From: an uncultured virus (IMG/VR IMGVR_UViG_3300035422_000155)
Taxonomy: Duplodnaviria; Heunggongvirae; Uroviricota; Caudoviricetes
Virus record (IMG/VR): IMGVR_UViG_3300035422_000155
DNA length: 64,000 nt
Strand: one strand, 5' to 3'
The stretch's first letter is position 1. The number at the start of each line of letters is the position of its first letter. Below the pieces are notes generated by a model. The model did not search any database and was not told where the DNA came from. It saw only the letters and a list, made by a program, of their open reading frames with translations. The translations under genes and the position numbers were made by a program. Below are positions 19,687 to 30,262 of the stretch, one piece after another.

Positions 19687-20202
19687 ATGCAAAAGGAAAA
19701 GTGGAATCACATCACGCTGTTGGTAAGCGATTTTGACGGGGTTATGACAGACAATCGTGTCCTGGTGGATGAAGAGGGAAAAGAATCTGTATATGTAAGC
19801 CGTGCGGATGGACAGGCAATTCATATACTACGGTCCATGGGTATTGATTTGATGATTATGTCTACAGAAATTAACGGTGTGGTAGGAAAAAGGGCGGAAA
19901 AGCTGCGGGTTAAATGTATTCAGAGCGTCTCCGACAAGGCAGAATGTCTGAAAAGATATTGCATAGAAAACAATATTCCGTTGAAAAGCATTGCTTACAT
20001 AGGAAATGATATCAATGATTATGAGGCCATGAGGATAGCAGGGCTTAAAATTGTTCCCCAAGATGCTTACGGCACAGTGAAAGACATTGCAGATTATGTA
20101 ACAGAAACAAAGGGTGGACATGGGGTTATTCGAGAAGTTGCGGATGTATTTTACAAATTTAAAAATCTAAGACCGGACGAAATAATCAACTTGACTATTT
20201 AA
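19687..20202 (+). CDS. KdsC/YrbI-type HAD phosphatase
   Basis: DFDGVMTD, YIGNDIND, GGHGVIRE. Confidence 0.85.
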   Translation: MQKEKWNHITLLVSDFDGVMTDNRVLVDEEGKESVYVSRADGQAIHILRSMGIDLMIMSTEINGVVGKRAEKLRVKCIQSVSDKAECLKRYCIENNIPLKSIAYIGNDINDYEAMRIAGLKIVPQDAYGTVKDIADYVTETKGGHGVIREVADVFYKFKNLRPDEIINLTI

Positions 20203-20285
20203 ACACTAATTTGTATACGGGAAAAGTGCTGGAAGCTGCAGGTGTACGTATATTGAAGTGAACAGCACAAGGTGGGAGACAGGAA

Positions 20286-21167
20286 ATGGCTAAGAGCGAA
20301 ATTTCACTGGGAAATTATGTTGTAAATGAGACTTCTTTTCCCTATATCATAGCGGAGATAGGAATCAACCATAATGGTGATTTGCAGATTGCAAAGAAAT
20401 TGATAGATGCAGCCAACGCTTGCGGATGGGACTGTGTGAAGTTTCAGAAGCGCGAACCTGAGAAGGCGGTTCCAGAGGAACAAAAGAATGTGATGCGCGA
20501 TACTCCTTGGGGAAGAATTACATATCTGGAATATAAGAAAAAGGTTGAATTCGGGAAGGCTGAATATGACTATATAGATGCCTATTGCAGGGAAAAACCC
20601 ATTGCCTGGACAGCCTCTCCATGGGATGTACCAAGTATGGAATTCTTGCTGGAGTATGATCTGCCGTTCATTAAAATTGCATCTGCAGGTAATTCGGACA
20701 GGGAACTGCTAAAGCTTGCCTGCGAAAGCAGAAAACCGCTGCTGGTATCCACAGGAATGAGCACCCTGGAGGAGATAGACAGAACAGTTGACTTTCTGGA
20801 GAAGTATTCGGACGGAAGTTATATATTACTTCATACAAATTCAGCCTACCCGACACCTGCATCAGAACTAAACTTAAAGATGATTACAACTCTCAAAAAA
20901 AGGTACAAATGTATTGTAGGTTACAGTGGACATGAATATGATTTGGAGCCAACTGTTGTAGCGGTTTCACTGGGAGCAAAAGTTATAGAGCGTCATGTGA
21001 CGCTGGATCACAACATGTGGGGAACCGATCAGGCGGCAAGCCTGACAGTGGGTGCCATGGCCATGATGCATGGGCGGGTAAAGGACATACTGCTTATGCT
21101 TGGGGATGGAAAGAAGGTCATAACAGAAAAAGAAGCGAAAGTCAGGAAAAAACTGAGAGGAAGTTGA
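20286..21167 (+). CDS. N-acetylneuraminate synthase (NeuB) family, short form
   Basis: IAEIGINHNGD, VKFQKR, KIAS, STGMS, GYSGHE, IERHVT. Confidence 0.9.
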   Translation: MAKSEISLGNYVVNETSFPYIIAEIGINHNGDLQIAKKLIDAANACGWDCVKFQKREPEKAVPEEQKNVMRDTPWGRITYLEYKKKVEFGKAEYDYIDAYCREKPIAWTASPWDVPSMEFLLEYDLPFIKIASAGNSDRELLKLACESRKPLLVSTGMSTLEEIDRTVDFLEKYSDGSYILLHTNSAYPTPASELNLKMITTLKKRYKCIVGYSGHEYDLEPTVVAVSLGAKVIERHVTLDHNMWGTDQAASLTVGAMAMMHGRVKDILLMLGDGKKVITEKEAKVRKKLRGS

Positions 21168-21189
21168 CAGCAGAGGCGGGGAATAGGGA

Positions 21190-22023
21190 ATGGGATATTT
21201 AGACAAATTTTTTTTGGATGGGGATATATGTGTTATTACAGGAGGTGCGGGACTGCTTGGAAGAAAGCATGCGGAAGCTGTGCTGGAAGGGAAAGGTATT
21301 CCTGTGCTTCTGGATGTTTCAGCATCTGCACTGACAGTGGCGAAGGAAACGATCCTTCAGAAATATCCGCAGAGCGAAATTGAAATATATCAAACAGATA
21401 TAACAGATCAAACGGAACTGAGAAGAATCAAAGAGGCACTGTTGGAGAAGTATGGGCATATTGATGTTTTAATCAATAATGCGGCAAACAACCCTAAAGT
21501 GGAAGGCGGTTCAAAGAACCTGGGAGCGGCAGGATTTACAGAATTCTCTTCACAAATCTGGAATGAGGATATTGCAGTAGGCCTTACAGGTGCATTGTTC
21601 TGTGCGCAGGTTTTTGGGGAGGTGATGGAAAGTCAGAACAAGGGAGTAGTCTTAAATATTGGTTCGGATTATGGGATTATTGCTCCGGATCAGAGGGTTT
21701 ACAGGAAAGAGGGAGTACCGGAGGAGGAACAGATAATAAAGCCTGTTTCTTATTCTGTGGTAAAGCACGGTTTGATTGGTCTGACAAAATACCTTGCTGC
21801 ATACTGGGGAGATAAGGGGATTCGTGTCAATACTTTGTGCCCGGCAAGCTTATACAACGGACAGGATGAGGAGTTTGTCAATAAACTGTCCCAGCTGATC
21901 CCTATGGGGAGAATGTCCAGGCCGGAGGAATATGTGTGTACGGTATTATACATGATTTCCGGGGCAAGCAGCTATATGACCGGGGCAACGGTGGTCCTTG
22001 ATGGCGGAAGAACGATAATATGA
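21190..22023 (+). CDS. SDR oxidoreductase (PtmA-like)
   Basis: TGGAGLLG, INNAA, YSVVK, VLDGG. Confidence 0.85.
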   Translation: MGYLDKFFLDGDICVITGGAGLLGRKHAEAVLEGKGIPVLLDVSASALTVAKETILQKYPQSEIEIYQTDITDQTELRRIKEALLEKYGHIDVLINNAANNPKVEGGSKNLGAAGFTEFSSQIWNEDIAVGLTGALFCAQVFGEVMESQNKGVVLNIGSDYGIIAPDQRVYRKEGVPEEEQIIKPVSYSVVKHGLIGLTKYLAAYWGDKGIRVNTLCPASLYNGQDEEFVNKLSQLIPMGRMSRPEEYVCTVLYMISGASSYMTGATVVLDGGRTII

Positions 22024-22054
22024 GATTCCAATAAAAGTATTGGAGGGAAGACAT

Positions 22055-22816
22055 ATGCAGGAAAGATATGTGCAGGAAGCATTAGATGAATGGCTTATTA
22101 TGGACGAACAGAATATGAAATTTCATATGGGACAATATGAAAGACCCTATCGGAGCACAGTGAAATTTGCGGAATTTCTGAAGCAAAAGGATCTTAGGGG
22201 AGGCAATGGAAGGATTCTGGATGTGGGATGCGGTGCAGGCGCAGTGCTGGGATATATTCTGGATTCTGATAAGCGAATAACGCAGGGGTATGGGGTAGAT
22301 ATCAACAAAGATTTGGTTGAAACAGGAAATAAAATCCTGAAGGAACGCAATATAAATAACTGCGAATTGATAGCGGGAGATTTTTTCCAGATGGACAGAA
22401 GTGTTTTTGGTGAAATTGATGGTGTTATTTCTTTACAGACTTTCAATTGCCTGCCTGATTACAGGGAGATTGTGCAGTATATATGTAACATGAAGCCAAA
22501 ATGGATTGCATTCTCTCTGCTGGGTTTTGAAGGATTGATCGACTATAATATCAGATTGTTTGATTATACTAAAAACAAACAGCATGGATGTTCAGAAGTG
22601 TTTTACAATGTATATTCGATTCCTAAAATGAAAGAAGTCTTCTCTGGTTTGGGATATTCTAAATTTGATTATCGGGAATTTGAAATGGATATTGATCTGC
22701 CGCAGACAAACAAAATGGGAAGGGGAACATATACAGTGAAAACAGAGCAAGGGAAACGGATACAGATATCGGGAGGTATGATGATGCCCTGGTATTTTGC
22801 ATTTGCAGAGAGATAA
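22055..22816 (+). CDS. Class I SAM-dependent methyltransferase
   Basis: ILDVGCGAG, GVD, GDF. Confidence 0.8.
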   Translation: MQERYVQEALDEWLIMDEQNMKFHMGQYERPYRSTVKFAEFLKQKDLRGGNGRILDVGCGAGAVLGYILDSDKRITQGYGVDINKDLVETGNKILKERNINNCELIAGDFFQMDRSVFGEIDGVISLQTFNCLPDYREIVQYICNMKPKWIAFSLLGFEGLIDYNIRLFDYTKNKQHGCSEVFYNVYSIPKMKEVFSGLGYSKFDYREFEMDIDLPQTNKMGRGTYTVKTEQGKRIQISGGMMMPWYFAFAER

Positions 22817-22843
22817 ATTAATGGTTGACGAGGGCAAGAGGGG

Positions 22844-23602
22844 ATGAAAAAAGCAATTTTTGTGACAGTCCGGATGGATTCAAGCAGGCTTCCAGACAAA
22901 ACAATGAAGAAAATATTAGGTAAACCTGTGTTGGAACATATTATTAACCGTGCGAAACAGACCACAATGTTTGACGGGATAATTGTATGTACGACAGAGC
23001 GTAAAATAGACGACCAAGTGGCGGAAGTGGCACAGGCTTGCGGCGCCAGAGTCTTTCGTGGGAGTTTGGAGGACAAGCTGGATCGGTGGAATGGCGCCGC
23101 AAAGTGCTATGGCGTGGATTATATTGTTACTTTTGACGGGGATGATTTGTTCTGTGATCCGTACCTGCTGGATAAAGGGGCTGAGCAGATTGCAGAGGGA
23201 AAATACGATTTTATTGAGGCCCCTCCAGGACTGATATGCGGTGCGTTTACCTATGCGTTTACAGGCAGGGCATTGGAAAAAGTATGTGAGATAAAAGACA
23301 CTGATGATACAGAAATGATGTGGACATACTTTAAGGACTCAGGTTTATTCAGGACAGGGTGCCTGGAAGGAGTGGAGGAGGATTATTTCAGTGACAAATA
23401 CCGCCTTACTTTGGATTATCCGGAAGATTTAGAGTTCTTTACAAAGGTTTTCACCCATTTTAACTGTGTGGACAACGATATTCCGCTGAAAGAGATTGTG
23501 GCATATTTTAAGGAACATCCTGAGATTCCGGAGATCAATATCGGCAGACAGCAGGAGTTTCTTGAAAACCAGAGAAAGAAAACAAAACTTGTGTTGAAAT
23601 AG
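22844..23602 (+). CDS. Ulosonic-acid cytidylyltransferase (SpsF/KdsB-like)
   Basis: VRMDSSRLPDK, FRGSLED, RLTLDYPED. Confidence 0.8.
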   Translation: MKKAIFVTVRMDSSRLPDKTMKKILGKPVLEHIINRAKQTTMFDGIIVCTTERKIDDQVAEVAQACGARVFRGSLEDKLDRWNGAAKCYGVDYIVTFDGDDLFCDPYLLDKGAEQIAEGKYDFIEAPPGLICGAFTYAFTGRALEKVCEIKDTDDTEMMWTYFKDSGLFRTGCLEGVEEDYFSDKYRLTLDYPEDLEFFTKVFTHFNCVDNDIPLKEIVAYFKEHPEIPEINIGRQQEFLENQRKKTKLVLK

Positions 23603-23637
23603 TGTTGATACTGGCAGAAAATGCGGGGAGGAAGGAT

Positions 23638-24855
23638 ATGGGAAGTGCGGTTGAAAATCCGTCAAAGTATCTTGGAAATGAACTGGAATATCTGCAGAAA
23701 GTTCTGGAAGGAGAATCCTGGTCTGCAACCGGGGGCAGTTGGACCATAGGGCTTGAGCAGGCATTTTCAAAACGAATTGGAACAAAGTATGGGGTTGCAT
23801 TTAACTCGGGCACTTCCACACTGCACGCAGCATTGGAAGCGGTAGGAGTGGGGCCAGGGGACGAAGTGATCTCCCCGGCGCTGACAGTTATCATGGACTC
23901 TACGGCAACATTTCATGCCAACGCCATACCGGTCTACTGCGATATTGATGAAAGTACCTTCAACCTTGATCCGGATAAACTGGAGGAACTGATTACGCCG
24001 AAGACTAAGGCAATTATAGCGGTGGCGTTATATGGTCTGTCCCCTGATTTTGACAGGATACTGGAGATTGCCGGAAGGCATCATATTCCGGTTATTGAGG
24101 ATGACGCACAGGCGGTGCTGAGCTTTTATAAGGGAAGGATGTTAGGAACCATAGGGGATATCTCCAGCTTCAGTTTTGAGAATACAAAACACATTTCCTG
24201 CGGTGAGGGAGGCATGATACTGACTGACAGGGAGGAATATGCGGAAAAGTGCAGGAAGTTGGGCGGGCATGGTTTTAAGAACCTCCGGGCGGAAGACGGA
24301 AGGGTACGTTTAAACCAGGAAGTATTTCAGAATCCGGAGTATAAACGCCATGATGTTCTTGGGTGGAATTACCGTATGCCTGAGTTTACTGCGGCGGTGG
24401 CCTTTGCACAGCTGGAGAGGGTGGACGAGCTGGTAAAATTGAGACAGGAATCAGCCAGGATTTTTATGGATGTCATGGAGGGGTGTGACTTTCTGCTTCC
24501 CCAGGAGACGCCGGAGGGCTGTGTAAACTCCTATTATTCCCTTGGGGTCCGGTATCTGGGAAAAGAACAATTAGGGGTATCGTGGCAGGATTTCAGGAAG
24601 GAATATGTGGAAATGGGAGGGGACGGCTACTACGGCGCCTGGAGCGTGCCTTATCTTGAGCCGGTGATCGCAGAAAGGGTGTTTGCAGACAGACTGCCCC
24701 ATATATATGAAGGGATAAAATATGAACAAGGCCTGTGCCCTGTGGCGGAAAAGGTGCAGAGGCAGATTATGCAGATTAAGACAAACTACCGTGACCTGGA
24801 TCTGGCGAAGCGGAAAGCAGATGTTTTGGAGAGACTGATAAGAAAATATAAATGA
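23638..24855 (+). CDS. DegT/DnrJ/EryC1/StrS aminotransferase
   Basis: NSGTSTLH, IEDDAQ, SFENTKHISCGEGG, GWNYRM. Confidence 0.9.
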   Translation: MGSAVENPSKYLGNELEYLQKVLEGESWSATGGSWTIGLEQAFSKRIGTKYGVAFNSGTSTLHAALEAVGVGPGDEVISPALTVIMDSTATFHANAIPVYCDIDESTFNLDPDKLEELITPKTKAIIAVALYGLSPDFDRILEIAGRHHIPVIEDDAQAVLSFYKGRMLGTIGDISSFSFENTKHISCGEGGMILTDREEYAEKCRKLGGHGFKNLRAEDGRVRLNQEVFQNPEYKRHDVLGWNYRMPEFTAAVAFAQLERVDELVKLRQESARIFMDVMEGCDFLLPQETPEGCVNSYYSLGVRYLGKEQLGVSWQDFRKEYVEMGGDGYYGAWSVPYLEPVIAERVFADRLPHIYEGIKYEQGLCPVAEKVQRQIMQIKTNYRDLDLAKRKADVLERLIRKYK

Positions 24856-24960
24856 GAATCAGGTGAGGTGCTGATAACAGTGATAGGATAATAAAGGGTG
24901 CCAGCGAATCAGGTATGATATACACAAAGACAGCCAGAAAGATAAGGAGGCCTCAGGCAT

Positions 24961-26265
24961 ATGGAGCAGGCAGAACATATAGCAGTCAGCGTGATTATAC
25001 CCATCTTTAATGCAGAAAGACATATGGAGGAATGTCTGGATTCCTGTTTTGGACAGACGTTGACCAATATAGAAATCATCTGCATTAATGATGGCTCTAC
25101 AGATAAAACAGAAGAAATTTTGGAAAGGTACGCCCAAGGCCATAACAATATGCGTGTACTGAGCCAGGAAAATCAAGGGGCTGGGGCTGCCAGAAATCTG
25201 GGCATGAAGTATGCGAAGGGCGAATTTATTGCTTTTATGGATTCAGATGATTATTATCCGAGTAAAGAGGTTTTACAAAAATTATATCATCAAGCTCTCA
25301 GTGAAAATGTATTTGTATGCGGTGGTTCGGCTTTGTTTCTGAAAGATAAAGGGATAGATGCAGAACAACTGGATTTTTACTTTCAGACAAATAAAAAAAT
25401 ATGCTATAAGGATTTCCAGAAAGAGGGGGGATTTACCTGCTTTATTTATAATAGAAAGTTTATGGAAAGTCATGAATTGCTTTTTCCAGAGTATAGGTAT
25501 TTTGAAGATCCTCCTTTTTTTGTTCGTACAATGGCGGCTGCGAAAATATTTTGTGTAATTAGTGATTATGTTTATGCAATCAGAAATACAGATAAGATTT
25601 TACGTTATGACAATAAGAATATTATTATTAATGCACTTGATGGAATTTGTGATATTCTAGAAATTGCGAGAAAAGAAAAGTATTATATGTTGCGCGATAA
25701 TATGCGCATTGCTTTGAGAGGATATCTACCTTTTATCTATAAGGCTATTTATAGGGGAAATGAAGATATCAGAAAACGATATGATAGAGTATTATTAATT
25801 TATGAAGAATGTTTTACAGAAAATACAGATCATCTTGAAGAAGAGAACTTTAAGTTATTATCAAATGATGAAATTAATCAAATGGTCATTACTAGCTTAA
25901 AAAGAGAAAAAAAGTTTATGAAGAGAATTAAGAAATTTAGTCAAATTCTGATTTATGGCGCAGGCAGAGGAGGACGATGGTTGTATGATTATATTATGCA
26001 AAGAGGATATAATGGCAATGTGGAATTTATGGTTTCATCCAAAGAAGTAAAAGATGAAGCTTGTGGAAAAAAAGTAAAAAGTATATGTGAGTGCGCAAGG
26101 TATAAGGATGATGCATTGGTTCTGATTGCCAATAAAAATAGTGCTGACCAAATGGAGGAAAATGCACATAAGCATCTATTTAAAAATGTAGAAAAGATAC
26201 CTTATGAAGAACTGATGCTATTTGGTGCAGATTTAAAAGAGGATAATTATATCACTATTTTTTAG
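24961..26265 (+). CDS. Glycosyltransferase family 2
   Basis: VSVIIP.FN, NDGSTD, ARNLG, FMDSDD. Confidence 0.9.
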   Translation: MEQAEHIAVSVIIPIFNAERHMEECLDSCFGQTLTNIEIICINDGSTDKTEEILERYAQGHNNMRVLSQENQGAGAARNLGMKYAKGEFIAFMDSDDYYPSKEVLQKLYHQALSENVFVCGGSALFLKDKGIDAEQLDFYFQTNKKICYKDFQKEGGFTCFIYNRKFMESHELLFPEYRYFEDPPFFVRTMAAAKIFCVISDYVYAIRNTDKILRYDNKNIIINALDGICDILEIARKEKYYMLRDNMRIALRGYLPFIYKAIYRGNEDIRKRYDRVLLIYEECFTENTDHLEEENFKLLSNDEINQMVITSLKREKKFMKRIKKFSQILIYGAGRGGRWLYDYIMQRGYNGNVEFMVSSKEVKDEACGKKVKSICECARYKDDALVLIANKNSADQMEENAHKHLFKNVEKIPYEELMLFGADLKEDNYITIF

Positions 26266-26377
26266 AAATGATAAAAATGCTTGCCATTATCGTTTTTTGC
26301 AAGGGAAAGATTTTGTAAAATAAAATATATTTACTTAGCATGATTGAAATAGTTCCTGATAGGAGAACCCAATTTAT

Positions 26378-27910
26378 ATGAAACAATTAAATATAGCATT
26401 TTTTCTGAGTGTCTCAACAAATTGCCTGGGAGGTGCTGACAATACTCTTTTTATGCAGGCATTGCTTTTGAAGCCGTATCATAATGTGACAATAGTCCTA
26501 CCTTGTGATGAGGAAGGAAAAACAAACACAATTTTTCAGCATAAATGTGAGATACATAGGCTGCAATATCGCATTTTTTCTTATAATGCGGCTACTGCCA
26601 TTCGATTCATTGATTTGGTTGATTATAAAAGGGATCTCCAAGATATTGAAAAGTTTGTAATAGCTAATAAAATTCATGTTTTGCACAGTGTTCAAATAAA
26701 TCCGGCGGTTGAATTTATTTCAAGAAAGCTTGGCATTCCCCATGTTATGAATATCTATTCGTTGGAAGATTGGGAATGGAATATACCATATCTTGATATT
26801 TTTCCACAGTATGTATCCAGTGATTCGGAATTTTTTCTACAAAAGTGGAAGCACTATTTAAACTGTAAAGGGAGATGTATCAGGGTATTTGATGAGATAG
26901 GCATTAAAAAAGAAAACCAGAAGAATAAATCTCGTATAGTAATTGGAGCGGCAGGCACAATCTATACTTTTAAAAATCAGCTTGCAATCATAAAAGCTGT
27001 TGAGTTTGAAAGAAAACAGGGAAGACAAATTCAACTATTACTTGCGGGGGAGGACAGCTCTTATTATGCAAACAGCTGTAAGGAGTATGTTGAAAAACAT
27101 CAGCTACAGGAGGATATTATTTTCCTTGGATTTGTTGAAGATATGAGTTCTTTTTTTGACAGAATAGATATTTTTATCTGTGCTAGCAGAAGAGAATCCT
27201 TTCCGGCCTCCATTGTAGAAGCAATCTCATGCAATATACCTGTTATTTCGACACCTGTTGGAGGGGTGCCAGAGATATTGGCTGATAGACATAACGCTTA
27301 CATTACGAGGGGGTATTCAGCAGCAGGACTGGCAGAAGCAATTGAAAAATATTATAGTGATCAGGAAGAGGGAAGGCTAGTATATATACTTGATAATGAG
27401 GCTAAAACTTATCAAAAATACTTCTCAGCAGAGGCAGTAAAACATCAGTTGGAAGAAATGTATGTGGAAGTGTGTGGTCTTGAAACAGGGAGTGTTGAGA
27501 GCAGTTGTTGGAATGATATAGAGGGAAAACTATTTTCTATGACAAGTTACAAGGGAATAGAGACATTGGAGAAGAAAGATAAGAAATGTTTCTTTAGTAA
27601 GTTGTTATACTTGTATCAAATAAAAAGCTTTATTAAAATGGGTGGGTGTTACATATGGGGAGCTGGAAAGTGGGGTAAAATTACAAAAGTACTTGTTGAA
27701 TGCCTGGGAGGAGAGCTGGAAATAAAGGCTTTTGTGGACAGTAAAAAGACAGGATATTTGGATGGAATCAGAATTATAAAAAAAGAGGAAATGGAACTAA
27801 AGGAAGATACAATAATATTTATTGCATTTACTGATGAACAGTGGAAGGCTGTGGAGTACTTGGAAGGCCAGCATATGAAATTTCTAAAAAATGTTTTTAT
27901 TATTGCATAA
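26378..27910 (+). CDS. Glycosyltransferase family 4
   Basis: LGGA, KNQ, ESFP.SIVEA..PVIST.VGGVPE. Confidence 0.85.
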   Translation: MKQLNIAFFLSVSTNCLGGADNTLFMQALLLKPYHNVTIVLPCDEEGKTNTIFQHKCEIHRLQYRIFSYNAATAIRFIDLVDYKRDLQDIEKFVIANKIHVLHSVQINPAVEFISRKLGIPHVMNIYSLEDWEWNIPYLDIFPQYVSSDSEFFLQKWKHYLNCKGRCIRVFDEIGIKKENQKNKSRIVIGAAGTIYTFKNQLAIIKAVEFERKQGRQIQLLLAGEDSSYYANSCKEYVEKHQLQEDIIFLGFVEDMSSFFDRIDIFICASRRESFPASIVEAISCNIPVISTPVGGVPEILADRHNAYITRGYSAAGLAEAIEKYYSDQEEGRLVYILDNEAKTYQKYFSAEAVKHQLEEMYVEVCGLETGSVESSCWNDIEGKLFSMTSYKGIETLEKKDKKCFFSKLLYLYQIKSFIKMGGCYIWGAGKWGKITKVLVECLGGELEIKAFVDSKKTGYLDGIRIIKKEEMELKEDTIIFIAFTDEQWKAVEYLEGQHMKFLKNVFIIA

Positions 27911-27960
27911 GTATTTGAATGTGAGTAAGAGGGAGATTTGCTATTTGAGGGGGAAATAAA

Positions 27961-28746
27961 ATGAAGTGGCAAAGTAAAAGACACGAGTTTGATGATTATG
28001 CGAAGCAATTAATTGCTGACTTAGATTTGCACAACAAGAAATACTATATTTTTGGAGCAGGAAAGGTAGGAAGAACACTTTTGCCAGTGTTTGAAGCCTA
28101 TAATTATACAATTGCTTTTATTGATAATAGCGTTGAAAAACAGCAAGACAAGGTTAATGGGGTGAAAGTGATCTCTCTGGATTATTATTTGAGGAAAAAA
28201 GATGCTCCGATAATTGTTGCTGTATCCATAAAAAACACATTAAGTATCGTTGAACAATTAGAAGAGAATGATTTGAAAAGAGGAAAGGATTATTTTCTCT
28301 ATGAGGAATTTACAAATTATATTTTTCCGGTTATTTCAACCTATTATTATGACAAGGTATTTGTATCGCTGGCACAGATTTGTGTGACGGAGCGTTGTAC
28401 ACTAAAGTGTAGAAAATGTGCGCATGGATGTTATGCGGTTGATAATAGAAACGCCAAAGATTTGACACTTGAACAAATACATAAAAGTGCAGATTCTTTT
28501 TTTGGAAAGGTGGATTTTATTCGAGAGTTTGTTTTGATTGGAGGAGAACCACTACTTTATAAAAACTTATCAGAGGCAATTCAATATATAGGAAAATATT
28601 ATAAAATCTCACTACACATCGAACGGCGTCTAAAGCCGCATAAATACGGGATTGTCGAAGTGGTTAAGAGTGGTAAAAAGCAGAGAAATGTAGGTAACTC
28701 CTATTTTATTCCTGCACCACTCCTACACCACTATTCCTATACATAA
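27961..28746 (+). pseudogene. Radical SAM gene truncated by prophage insertion near 28600
   Basis: CTLKCRKC and GGEP present; similarity to paralog 14853-16010 stops after IGKYY, before the NG motif, and the tail reads into att-arm-like DNA. Confidence 0.75.
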
Positions 28747-28758
28747 TACAAGTAGGAG
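28689..28758. repeat. Putative integrase arm-type sites (TCCTRYW-like motifs)
   Basis: TCCTATT 28699, TCCTGCA 28710, TCCTACA 28721, TCCTATA 28735; inverted TGTAGGT 28689 and AGTAGGAG 28751. Confidence 0.5.
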
Positions 28759-28776
28759 AAGTCTATTAAAGAGAGG

Positions 28777-28814
28777 AAAAGGAGACGGTTGCTGGTAACA
28801 ACTATCTCCTTTTT
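28777..28814. terminator. Bidirectional intrinsic terminator
   Basis: AAAAGGAGA..GTTG/CAAC..TCTCCTTTT hairpin with A and T tracts on the two sides. Confidence 0.6.
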
Positions 28815-28821
28815 GTGTGAA

Positions 28822-28923
28822 TCATACGAACTTGACATTCAAAATGGGATTGTCGTTGTCGCGCCAAAAAGAAACAGGGTGAAAGTCTTTCTTTGGCTTA
28901 TAATATTGTCGGTAATCTGTCAA
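28822..28923 (-). CDS. Putative 33-aa peptide MTDYRQYYKPKKDFHPVSFWRDNDNPILNVKFV
   Basis: GAGGAGG RBS 8 nt before TTG; extended -10 TGTTATAAT upstream (~28988-28996); terminator downstream. Confidence 0.45.
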   Translation of the reverse strand: MTDYRQYYKPKKDFHPVSFWRDNDNPILNVKFV

Positions 28924-28998
28924 GTCATTCGCCTCCTCTCTTTAATAGACTTTTTCTTCTTTCAAGTAACTGCGGCTTTTCTCCACCATTATAACATC

Positions 28999-30234
28999 CT
29001 ATTTTATTTTTTCTATTTCTGTTTTCAGCCAATCAAATTCTCTTTGAGTATAAACCTTTTCTGTAATATCTGAAATCTTATGACCAACCATGTACTTGAT
29101 AGCATATTCATCCACGCCGTATTTCTTTGCCATCGTTACAAAATGTTTTCTGCCGTCATGGGGTCTGTGTTCCGGATTCAGATTTAATTCGGTTCGTATT
29201 AAATCAAAAGCTTTTGTATACCGGTTATAGGTGAGCTTTATATTTTTCTTATTCCGGGCGTTCGGGTCAACCCAGTTCAGAAAATACTTACTGCCAAGTT
29301 CTTCAGCTTCTTTATATTTCTTTTCCACTAAAGAACGAATCTTGCTGTGGATCGGAACTATCCGTTCGCTTCCGGCTTCGGTCTTCATACCGCCTTTAAA
29401 CGTTCCCTCTGTCAAATCTACATTCGCCAATTCTATCAATCCAAGTTCCTGAGGGCGCCACCCAGAATAGCATTGAATCAAGAGGATGTCTATACCTCGT
29501 TTATCATTTACATGTTGCCATAGCAGTTCAATCTCTTCTTCAGTAAATGTGATATGCTCCCGTTTGACATTATGGCACTCTTTCACAACTTCATCGGTCA
29601 GTTTAAAGGTTCGGGAATAGTTCCTATCCACGATCTCATATTCCAAAGCATAATCCAGCATCAGGTTAAACAGTGACTTGATTTTATTCTTCATAGTTGC
29701 GGTCGGAGTCTGCTCCACACCTTTGATAACTGCAACACCTTCATCCATACATCCTTTGATGTGTCTGGCACGAATATCCATCACCCTCATACTGTAAACA
29801 GCGGAGCAATACTCCCAGGCATTCTCAGCAGCCTTTGGGTCTTTGACCGTCTTCTCATACTCAGGGAACCATTTGTCGTAGAGTTCCTGCATGGTGATGG
29901 CAGGCTGCAAGTCATATGGATTCTTGTTATATTCTACGAGGGCTGTATACGCATCATTGTATGTAGGAAAGTAGGATTCCGGTTTCAGCGGTTTACAAAT
30001 AGGTCTGCCGGTTGCTGTCTTACCAACGGTAATCATAGCCCGGAAGGGATTGCGCAGGTTCCGGTTCTTAATCTCGCTGATTTGTCCGAATCCGTTTGGC
30101 AATCTTCTTCTCTTGTTATTTTTGTTTCGGGGTTTTCTCGGTTTTACGTCCGGCTGTATTGGATATCCACAGTGCGGACAGAATGTTGCTTTGTCGCTTA
30201 CCTGCAATTCACATTCAGGGCATTGCATCAACAT
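28999..30234 (-). CDS. int: Tyrosine integrase with N-terminal Zn ribbon
   Basis: CPEC/CPHC; RLPNGFG arm-binding region; catalytic R (GWRPQE), K, HDGR, VGH, VY. Confidence 0.92.
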   Translation of the reverse strand: MLMQCPECELQVSDKATFCPHCGYPIQPDVKPRKPRNKNNKRRRLPNGFGQISEIKNRNLRNPFRAMITVGKTATGRPICKPLKPESYFPTYNDAYTALVEYNKNPYDLQPAITMQELYDKWFPEYEKTVKDPKAAENAWEYCSAVYSMRVMDIRARHIKGCMDEGVAVIKGVEQTPTATMKNKIKSLFNLMLDYALEYEIVDRNYSRTFKLTDEVVKECHNVKREHITFTEEEIELLWQHVNDKRGIDILLIQCYSGWRPQELGLIELANVDLTEGTFKGGMKTEAGSERIVPIHSKIRSLVEKKYKEAEELGSKYFLNWVDPNARNKKNIKLTYNRYTKAFDLIRTELNLNPEHRPHDGRKHFVTMAKKYGVDEYAIKYMVGHKISDITEKVYTQREFDWLKTEIEKIK

Positions 30235-30262
30235 TGTATATCACTCTCCTTCCACAACCAGC

